Assembly (NCBI GenBank): GCA_964428205.1
Contig: CAYRXE010000001.1
Location: forward strand, 1 to 51,201
Reading direction: 5' to 3'
Length of the DNA: 51,201 nt
DNA from: an uncultured Candidatus Peribacteria bacterium
GTDB lineage: Bacteria; Patescibacteriota; Gracilibacteria; Peribacterales; Peribacteraceae
Shown: positions 44,951-51,201 of the stretch, piece by piece
Numbering within the stretch: position 1 is the stretch's first letter
Layout of the letters: each line of letters starts with the position of its first letter
Position numbers and translations under genes: made by a program
Notes under the pieces: generated by a model
What the model saw: only the letters and a program-made list of their open reading frames with translations
The model's database searches: none
Told to the model about the DNA's origin: nothing

Positions 44951-46066
44951 ATGCTCCGATTCGTGCGCGTCCCCTTCCTCGATTTACAGGCCCAATACCG
45001 CTCTATTAAGCCAGAAGTTGATGCGGCTATTCATAACGTGCTCGATACCTCGACCTACATTTTGGGTCCTTCGGTAGAGGCTTTTGAGAAGGACTTTGCG
45101 GCGTACTGCGGCGTGGAACATTGCGTCGCCATGAACTCTGGTACAGCTGCCATCGCTCTTCTCTTACAGGCACATGGCATTGGACCGGGAGACGAAGTGA
45201 TCACGGTCGCAAATTCGTTCTTCGCATCAGCAGAAGCGGTTGCCGAAATTGGCGCAACTCCTGTCCTTGTGGATTGTGATGAACGTTCTGCACTGATTGA
45301 TCCTGCAAAAATTGGCGCAGCCATTACTCCAAAGACCCGCGCCATTCTCCCTGTGCACTTGTACGGTCAGGTCGCTCCTATGGACGAGATTCTCGCGATC
45401 GCAAAGACGAGGAATTTGCTTGTGTTCGAAGATGCCGCTCAGTCACAAGGTGCTATGTACAAAGGGAAGCGCGCAGGTGGCTTGGCACACGGTGCAGCCA
45501 CGAGCTTTTACCCAGGCAAGAACCTTGGTGCCTACGGCGAAGGTGGAGCAGTGATGACGAACGATGCCGAGATCGCAAAGAAGCTCAAGATGCTCCGCGA
45601 ACACGGCATGCCAAAGAAGTATCACCATGAAATGTACGGCTGGAACGAGCGCATGGACGGTATCCAGGGTGCTGTGCTGGGTGTGAAGCTCAAGTACTTG
45701 GATGGTTGGAATGCTCTGCGTCAGAAGCACGCAGCCTTTTATAAGAAGTTACTTGAGGGTAGCGGCATCACGTATATCGAGGATCGTCCAGAGAGCCCCA
45801 GCATCAATCACCTCTTTGTGGTGCGCGTGAAGAATCGTGAGCAGGTACAGGCAAAGCTCACCGAAGCCGAGATTGCTACGGGTATCCACTACCCTATCCC
45901 GATGCACCTTCTCCCAGCCTGCAGGCCTTTGGGATACGCAAAAGGAACGTTCCCGGTTACCGAGAAACTTGCAGAAGAAATCTTGTCGCTCCCCATGTTC
46001 CCAGAGCTCACGGAGGAACAGATGACCTTTGTGATTGATCGGCTGAAGGACGCAGTCAAAAACTAA
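44951..46066 (+). CDS. DegT/DnrJ/EryC1-family PLP-dependent sugar aminotransferase, 371 aa
   Basis: ORF 44468..46066 trimmed to MLRFVRVPFLDLQAQY. Motifs ILGPSVEAFEKDFAAY and TSFYPGKNLGAYGEGGAV, in which the Schiff-base Lys is present. Confidence 0.9.
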   Translation: MLRFVRVPFLDLQAQYRSIKPEVDAAIHNVLDTSTYILGPSVEAFEKDFAAYCGVEHCVAMNSGTAAIALLLQAHGIGPGDEVITVANSFFASAEAVAEIGATPVLVDCDERSALIDPAKIGAAITPKTRAILPVHLYGQVAPMDEILAIAKTRNLLVFEDAAQSQGAMYKGKRAGGLAHGAATSFYPGKNLGAYGEGGAVMTNDAEIAKKLKMLREHGMPKKYHHEMYGWNERMDGIQGAVLGVKLKYLDGWNALRQKHAAFYKKLLEGSGITYIEDRPESPSINHLFVVRVKNREQVQAKLTEAEIATGIHYPIPMHLLPACRPLGYAKGTFPVTEKLAEEILSLPMFPELTEEQMTFVIDRLKDAVKN

Positions 46067-46081
46067 TAGACTGGGTGGCTC

Positions 46082-46203
46082 CCGCGCGCCACGGGGGGTG
46101 AAGGGGTAGGCCCTGCGCTTTTGCGCGTTGTCGACGAGACGAGCCGAAGCCTTGGAGGCTCGGCGAGGAGACACAGGGCCGTGCGGGAGGGTTTGGCGCG
46201 CGG
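46082..46203. ncRNA. candidate structured GC-rich RNA/DNA element (unknown class) in the largest intergenic gap
   Basis: Nested perfect helices: CCGCGCGCCA (46082-91) / TGGCGCGCGG (46194-203) and GGCCCTG (46109-15) / CAGGGCC (46174-80). Internal hairpins: CGC-TTTT-GCG (46116-25) and GCCGA-a-GCC / GGC-TCGGC (46143-64). Confidence 0.3.
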
Positions 46204-46220
46204 TGATGTTTCTTTGGTTA

Positions 46221-46247
46221 CTTTCTTTGTATGGCAGACAAAGAAAG
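46221..46247. terminator. perfect 9-bp hairpin next to the stop of 46255..47277 (possible terminator without a U-tract)
   Basis: CTTTCTTTG (46221-29), 9-nt loop, CAAAGAAAG (46239-47). Confidence 0.3.
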
Positions 46248-46254
46248 TGACAAC

Positions 46255-47277
46255 CTAGTTCCCTGCCCTGATATATCCATCCATGACTTCCACAATATGT
46301 GTGAGGCTGTGGCGCTTTTCCACAATCTGATCCATGTCGTCAGCACTCAGTGGTGCCTGCTTGATGGCCTCTTGAACGAACGTGGCGATGGCTTCTGGCG
46401 TATCGGCAGGTGGTGCAGCCGGGATTCCAATCGCTGCGGCATTGCGTGCCGTCGTCACAGGATAACAACCACAGGTCATGGCCTCGAGCATAGTTTTGTC
46501 GATCGTCTCACTCGCCATATTGAGGATGAGCGTGTGATGCGTGTAAATCTCGGGAAGATCTTTAATGGGTGCGGATCCTAGGAAGCGCACGCGCTCGGTA
46601 AGACCTAGCTTGATCACCAGAGCTTTGAGTTCAGCTGCGTAGTCCGGCTCTACTTCTTGCCCATAGATATCAAGCGTGAAGAAGGTTGGGAGATGTGTAA
46701 GTGCAGAGATACAAAGTTCTGCGCGCTTGCTGCGTGCCAAGCGATGCACGATCAAAAGCTTATGAGGTTCAGTGGTGTGATTCTCGCGCTTAGGCCAGAA
46801 CGTGCGATCAATGCCATGGCCCGTGACGATCTTCTTATAGCTTTGATCGTACTGCGGCAGGCTTTGTGGAGTCGCACAGAAGAGGCGTTTGCCGTAGATA
46901 CCAAGGAGCAACAGCCCGAGCTGCATTTGATAGTGCGTGTACCACAAGTACGTTGGCGTGTTTCGGATGAACCACAGTGGCGCGCCAAAGAGGCCCCATA
47001 CGGGAGCCATGTGCACAAACACACGATCGCTCTTGTGGTTCCAAATATGACGCCAGAAATTAAGGAGATGCTTAACCTTACCCTTAGTGCTTTCTTTACC
47101 CATCGAGAGCACTTTGAAGTTTGGCGTTACGTTCGGCAGTACTTCTTTCATCTTCTCTGGCTGCCATTCTAAGCACAGAACAGTTACGTCGTACCCGCGT
47201 GCCGCAAACGCATTGGCCCAGAGGACACCAAAGGCATCCTGACCGTGCAGCTTTTGAGTGATGAAGAGAAGCTTCAT
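46255..47277 (-). CDS. GT-B-fold glycosyltransferase, 340 aa
   Basis: LLIVHRLARSKR...RVRFLGSAP...DKTMLEAMTCGCYPVTT. Confidence 0.72.
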   Translation of the reverse strand: MKLLFITQKLHGQDAFGVLWANAFAARGYDVTVLCLEWQPEKMKEVLPNVTPNFKVLSMGKESTKGKVKHLLNFWRHIWNHKSDRVFVHMAPVWGLFGAPLWFIRNTPTYLWYTHYQMQLGLLLLGIYGKRLFCATPQSLPQYDQSYKKIVTGHGIDRTFWPKRENHTTEPHKLLIVHRLARSKRAELCISALTHLPTFFTLDIYGQEVEPDYAAELKALVIKLGLTERVRFLGSAPIKDLPEIYTHHTLILNMASETIDKTMLEAMTCGCYPVTTARNAAAIGIPAAPPADTPEAIATFVQEAIKQAPLSADDMDQIVEKRHSLTHIVEVMDGYIRAGN

Positions 47278-48374
47278 TGTGCGAGTGATTGCAAGAAGTG
47301 AGCGTAGTCCTTCAAAAGTTTTTTGCCATCAAACTGCTCGAGAATCTTTGGTGCATTCTGCGCAATGTGCATACGCAATGATTCATCACGAAGGATTGTG
47401 CGCACTTTGGCAGCAATGTCTGCCGGTGCTCCGGAGGTGAAGAGTCCATTCTCATGATCTTCAATCACATCTGGCATCACACCCACGCGCGTAGCTACGA
47501 GTGGAAGACCAAGTGCCATCGCTTCGAGCGCAATGCGCGGACCACCCTCGCTCTTCGAGGGCATGACGCACACGTGTGCCTCGGTCATCGCAGACCAGAG
47601 ATCCTGTGGCGTAGCCTGCCATCCGCGGAATTCCACTCGCGAGATGACACCCAAGTTTTTGGCTTCTGTAAGGTACTTTTCGCGATCCGGACCATCGCCA
47701 AGGATCAACAATGTTTGATCCGCCAAGAGGGCCATAGCCTTGAGCAGCTCACTCAGCCCTTTGTTAGGCGCGAGTCGTCCGGCAAACACGACGTCGTACT
47801 TTTTGGGGCGTGCCGAGATAGACGTGAGTGCTGTGTGATCCAAGTAGAAGGATGGCACGACCGTGATTTTCTTTTTCGAGATCCACCAACGTGCGAGCTT
47901 ACTACCAACGGTTTTGTTAACGACACGAATCTTCTTCGCGCTCAGTGCTTCCAGTGGAAGCATGATGCGAGACCACACACGTGAAACCGCTTCGAGTGCG
48001 TTACCCGCCTTTGGCCAACCCACTATGTGGTGAATTTCGAGTGCATACGGAATACCTGTCCAACGCTTGAGCATCCATGCAGCACTGCCGTTATAGAACG
48101 GTGGAAACTCATGCACAGCCATCGCACCGTGATGATGCTCGCGAATGAGCGCGAGACCTGTACGAAAGGCCCACGAACGCTGGTACAGGAGCCCTTTGGG
48201 ATTCGGATGGAAGTACACGTTGCTTGGGAGACTGACAGGCGTCCCCTTCTCCGAACGAGGGCAGATAACATCAATGCGTTCGAACTCTTTCGAAAGGCCT
48301 TCGAGAGTAGCCACAAAAGGTCCGCGTTTCCCTGCCAGGATCGACCGATCTCCGCTGAGCATGAGCAGATTCAT
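47274..48374 (-). CDS. GT4 (GT-B) glycosyltransferase, 366 aa
   Basis: FAGRLAPNKG and PSKSEGGPRIALEAMALGLPLVATRVGVMPDVIEDHENGL. ATGA overlaps at both ends. Confidence 0.82.
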   Translation of the reverse strand: MNLLMLSGDRSILAGKRGPFVATLEGLSKEFERIDVICPRSEKGTPVSLPSNVYFHPNPKGLLYQRSWAFRTGLALIREHHHGAMAVHEFPPFYNGSAAWMLKRWTGIPYALEIHHIVGWPKAGNALEAVSRVWSRIMLPLEALSAKKIRVVNKTVGSKLARWWISKKKITVVPSFYLDHTALTSISARPKKYDVVFAGRLAPNKGLSELLKAMALLADQTLLILGDGPDREKYLTEAKNLGVISRVEFRGWQATPQDLWSAMTEAHVCVMPSKSEGGPRIALEAMALGLPLVATRVGVMPDVIEDHENGLFTSGAPADIAAKVRTILRDESLRMHIAQNAPKILEQFDGKKLLKDYAHFLQSLAQ

Positions 48375-49492
48375 TTGCGCTTAGGCGAACGACGACTCCT
48401 TGTTGAACTAAGTGTCGAAAAGAATGCGAGTGTTTCTTCGGCGACTTCGCTCCATGCACGGTGTGTCGTGACGAGCGATGCCGCGTGCTCGGCAATGGCC
48501 TGGTAGTTCTTTTCTGCTTCGATGATTGCACGCGTGATGTCTTCGACCGTCTTCAAAGGCTTGAGGATCATGCCCTGAGCCAGTTCTGCGCTAAGACCGG
48601 TTTCCTCGGTAAGGAGAACAGGCAAACCTGCAGCACGAGCTTCGAGCGCGGCATTAGGACTGATTTCTGTGAGGGATGGGATCACCAGGAGATCATGACT
48701 TGCGAAGATCTTCGTGCGCTCATCTGAGGTGACGGAGCCCATCATCTTCACGCGATTGGCGATACCGAGTTGAGAGATAAGTGCGAGGAGCCTCTGTTGT
48801 TCCGGACCTTCTCCCACAAGGGAGAGATGAACGTACGGGAGCTTGGCGACAGCATGCAGGAGGTTTGGCAGATTTTTGAATCGCACGAAGCGTCCCAGGA
48901 ACAAGAGCTTAAACATCTCCTGCTTCTCGTGGAACACAGGTGAAGGACTAAGGGGCAAAGCATTTTCGATGACCACATGCTTCGGCATCCTCTTAAAGAG
49001 GAATTCCGAAAGGCGCTCCTGGAAGGTTGTAGAGAACACGATGCCATCGAATGCGCGGAGCACTTTGCCCATCACGGCACGCGTTCCTTTAAAGGTGATA
49101 TAAAAGGACCTGAGTCCCTTGCGACCACCGCGATCGGTGTAGCGCTCCCACAGGAAGTCTCCGCCAAGGCGAAGTGCCGTAAGTGGCTTTTCGAGTCGCG
49201 CCATAAAGAGTGGCACACCTACACTCACGGATGAAAAACAGTAGATGAAGTCTGCTTCACTGCCGTGTTCCTTGAGAGCGGCAGCAAACCTGCGCCAACG
49301 TGTCACACCCGCCTGACCCTTCTTCACCTTCACGACTGTCCACGAATCTTTCTCAATAAGATCTTCTGGGCCATACGTGATGACGGTCACTTGTTCCCCA
49401 CGGCTCGTCAGCTCCTCGGCGAGGGCTTTGACGTACGTCGCAGGACCACCAATGTCTGGTGGATAAATGCCAGTGGCAAGAACGATGTTCAT
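48371..49492 (-). CDS. GT4 (GT-B) glycosyltransferase, 373 aa
   Basis: Trimmed to MNIVLATGIYPPDIGGPATY. Motifs FLGRFVRFKN and PSLTEISPNAALEARAAGLPVLLTEETG. Confidence 0.82.
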   Translation of the reverse strand: MNIVLATGIYPPDIGGPATYVKALAEELTSRGEQVTVITYGPEDLIEKDSWTVVKVKKGQAGVTRWRRFAAALKEHGSEADFIYCFSSVSVGVPLFMARLEKPLTALRLGGDFLWERYTDRGGRKGLRSFYITFKGTRAVMGKVLRAFDGIVFSTTFQERLSEFLFKRMPKHVVIENALPLSPSPVFHEKQEMFKLLFLGRFVRFKNLPNLLHAVAKLPYVHLSLVGEGPEQQRLLALISQLGIANRVKMMGSVTSDERTKIFASHDLLVIPSLTEISPNAALEARAAGLPVLLTEETGLSAELAQGMILKPLKTVEDITRAIIEAEKNYQAIAEHAASLVTTHRAWSEVAEETLAFFSTLSSTRSRRSPKRK

Positions 49493-49514
49493 GGCTTGTA
49501 GATGCGATTGTAGC

Positions 49515-50480
49515 TCAGGAGAGATTTCGCGAATACCACTCCACCGTCTTCGCAAGACCTTCTTCGAAGCTCACTTTCGGCTTCCATCCCCTCGCCCGCA
49601 ATTCGGAGGAGTCGAGCGCATAGCGCCAGTCATGACCAGGACGATCCGTTACGTATGTGATGAGACTCTCGGGCTTACCAAGTACACCAAGGACGGTCTT
49701 TGCTACTTCGATGTTCTCCTTCTCTGCATTCGCAGAGACATGGAAGAACCGGTGACCAATCGCATCGTCATGCGTAAAAGCATCTGGCGTTTGCAGAATG
49801 ATTTCGAGTGCGTCGCAGTGATCGGTCACAAAAAGCCAATCACGCTTGTTCTTCCCTCCTCCATAAATAGGAATGTTTTTGTCCGCGAGTGCAGAGCGAA
49901 TGATCACGGGCAAGAATTTCTCTGATGCTTGGTGCGGGCCGTAGTTATTCGTGCAACGAGACACCGCAATCTTGAGTCCGTAGGTGCGAATGCCTGCAAG
50001 GATGATCATTTCGGCAGAAGCCTTGCTCGCTGCATACGGGGAACTTGGCATGTGGTGTGCATCAATCTTCTTTGGCTCTTCGTCGTCCGTGAGATCTCCG
50101 AGGACTTCGTCTGTAGAGATGTGCAACATGCGAAGGCTTGGGTGCTTGCGCATGACGTTCATCAAGCTGTGCACGCCAATGATGTTCGAGTGCAAGAAAG
50201 GCATCGGGTCATTGATGCTCCTATCTACGTGACTCTCGGCCGCGAAGTTCACGATGGTATCAATCTCATGTTTTTCGACGAGTTCATCCACGAGCTTCTG
50301 ATCGGCAATGTCTCCTTCGACAAAGGTGATGGCCGACCATACGGATTCGAGGAATCTGCGGTCTGCGGCATACGTGAGTTTGTCGATAACCACGACCTTA
50401 TCGTTTGGATGGGCTGCAACGTGCCTGAGGACGAAATGGGAGCCGATAAAGCCGGCTGCGCCGGTCACAAGGAGGTTCAT
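49515..50480 (-). CDS. rfbB: dTDP-glucose 4,6-dehydratase, 321 aa
   Basis: LLVTGAAGFIGSHFV, NFAAESHVDRSI, ISTDEV, SPYAASKASAE, TNNYGPHQ, GGGKNKRDWLFVTDH. Confidence 0.92.
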   Translation of the reverse strand: MNLLVTGAAGFIGSHFVLRHVAAHPNDKVVVIDKLTYAADRRFLESVWSAITFVEGDIADQKLVDELVEKHEIDTIVNFAAESHVDRSINDPMPFLHSNIIGVHSLMNVMRKHPSLRMLHISTDEVLGDLTDDEEPKKIDAHHMPSSPYAASKASAEMIILAGIRTYGLKIAVSRCTNNYGPHQASEKFLPVIIRSALADKNIPIYGGGKNKRDWLFVTDHCDALEIILQTPDAFTHDDAIGHRFFHVSANAEKENIEVAKTVLGVLGKPESLITYVTDRPGHDWRYALDSSELRARGWKPKVSFEEGLAKTVEWYSRNLS

Positions 50481-50544
50481 CTGGGACAGCTTATATCGTT
50501 TGGCTTTTGCGTAATAGGGCCTAGAAACGCATTCTGAAAAGCTC

Positions 50545-50550
50545 TAGAAT
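50545..50550 (+). promoter_or_regulatory. -10-like box TAGAAT, 7 nt upstream of ATG 50558
   Basis: TAGAAT ctcgcgt ATG. Confidence 0.5.
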
Positions 50551-50557
50551 CTCGCGT

Positions 50558-51201
50558 ATGAAAGGCGTCCTTATTTGCGGCGGCAGTGGCACCAGGCTTA
50601 GGCCCCTCACGGAGATCACGAACAAGAGTCTCCTCCCGGTCTACGACAAACCACTCATTCTCTACCCTCTCCAAGTTCTCTTGGATGCGGGCATCACGCA
50701 GATTGTGATTATTTCGGGTAACGATCACGTCGACCAGATGGCGAGCTTCCTTGGAAGTGGAGCAAAGTTTGGTTGTGAGTTCAGCTACCGCGTGCAGGAC
50801 GAAGCCAAAGGCATTGCTCAGGCTCTCGGCCTCGCAGAAAGTTTTGTAGACGGTGATGATGTGTGTGCGATCCTTGGTGACAACGTCTACTTCGATGATC
50901 TCTCGACGTCCATCAAGAACTTTAAAGGTGGTGCGCACCTCTTTGTAAAAGACGTGCATGATCCGGAGCGCTTTGGTGTCGCAACAATGGAAGGCAGGCA
51001 CGTCACATCCATCGAAGAAAAACCAAAGATGCCAAAGACCTCCATGGCTGTCACAGGTTGCTACGTCTACGACCGTCACTGCTTCGAGATCATCCATAAC
51101 CTCAAGCCATCCGCACGTGGTGAATTGGAAATCACCGATGTCAGTAACGCCTATGTAGCCCAAGGAATGGCCACAGCGACGATTTTGACGGATGAATGGG
51201 T
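50558..51201 (+). CDS. rfbA: glucose-1-phosphate thymidylyltransferase-type sugar nucleotidyltransferase, partial (3' end beyond the window)
   Basis: Not in the ORF track because no stop falls inside the window. Direct translation from ATG 50558 gives MKGVLICGGSGTRLRPLTEITNKSLLPVYDKPLILYPL...GDNVY...EKP...VTGCYVYD...ELEITDV with no stop through 51201. Confidence 0.88.
   Translation, partial: MKGVLICGGSGTRLRPLTEITNKSLLPVYDKPLILYPLQVLLDAGITQIVIISGNDHVDQMASFLGSGAKFGCEFSYRVQDEAKGIAQALGLAESFVDGDDVCAILGDNVYFDDLSTSIKNFKGGAHLFVKDVHDPERFGVATMEGRHVTSIEEKPKMPKTSMAVTGCYVYDRHCFEIIHNLKPSARGELEITDVSNAYVAQGMATATILTDEW

Noticed and set aside
46093-46110. G-runs (GGGGGG, GGGG, GG) as a potential G-quadruplex
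   Set aside because: Only two runs of 3 or more Gs lie close together, so a canonical four-run quadruplex is not supported. The region is better described by the nested helices.
46082-46203. GC-rich element as a tRNA, SRP RNA, 6S RNA or tmRNA fragment
   Set aside because: It has no cloverleaf with a T-loop (GTTCRANNC), no SRP GGAA/AGCA symmetric-loop signature, and the wrong size and shape for 6S RNA or tmRNA. It is kept only as an unclassified candidate.
50477-51163. 228-aa ORF on the minus strand, listed in the ORF track
   Set aside because: It is antisense to an open plus-strand frame that translates to a clear RmlA-type nucleotidyltransferase (GGSGTRLRPLT). The plus-strand gene is missing from the track only because it has no stop inside the window.
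1-51201. Search by eye for CRISPR arrays, rRNA or tRNA genes, prophage or IS elements, toxin-antitoxin systems and defence systems
   Set aside because: No regularly spaced direct repeats were seen, and no conserved rRNA or tRNA sequence blocks. No nuclease, ATPase, recombinase or toxin-like ORFs were seen either. Every long ORF has a sugar-metabolism or membrane-glycosyltransferase signature.

Overview
The window is a gene-dense (over 95% coding) bacterial cell-surface glycan biosynthesis super-locus. I call 45 protein-coding genes and saw no rRNA, tRNA, CRISPR array, transposase or integrase. All family calls come from reading motifs in the translated ORFs by eye; no database search was possible. 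Recognisable content falls into four groups. (1) Nucleotide-sugar pathways: Gmd, a ColD-type 3-dehydratase and an Fcl/ColC-like SDR; RfbA/RfbB; WecB; two nucleotide-sugar dehydrogenases; two AsnB-like amidotransferases; two Gfo/Idh/MocA oxidoreductases; a DegT aminotransferase; GNAT and FemAB-like acyltransferases; and a TylC3-like sugar C-methyltransferase. (2) Glycosyltransferases: about 18 in total, made up of 6 GT2, 7 GT4/GT-B and 5 polytopic GT-C-like membrane proteins. (3) Six further methyltransferase genes or domains. (4) One Wzx-like flippase and one GtrA-like protein. No priming phosphoglycosyl transferase, Wzy/Wzz or ABC exporter is recognisable in the window. Several ORF-track starts were trimmed to internal Met codons using domain N-termini, neighbouring stop codons and a recurrent -10-like box. 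One gene absent from the ORF track (partial rfbA, 50558 to the window end) was found by direct translation. The observations most worth follow-up are these. (a) A triad of methyltransferase, Dpm1/GtrB-like GT2 and GT-C membrane protein is repeated four to five times. (b) A 46-57 nt palindrome-rich element occurs as an inverted pair upstream of both asnB-like paralogs and brackets an 8.1 kb six-gene segment. (c) A TAnnnT box sits 6-9 nt upstream of nearly every non-coupled start codon with no Shine-Dalgarno sequence, which suggests leaderless transcripts. (d) A GC-rich element of about 120 nt with nested helices lies in the only large intergenic gap. (e) An overlapping pair of a membrane-anchored SDR and a GMC flavoenzyme is present. 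The taxon cannot be determined from this sequence alone.
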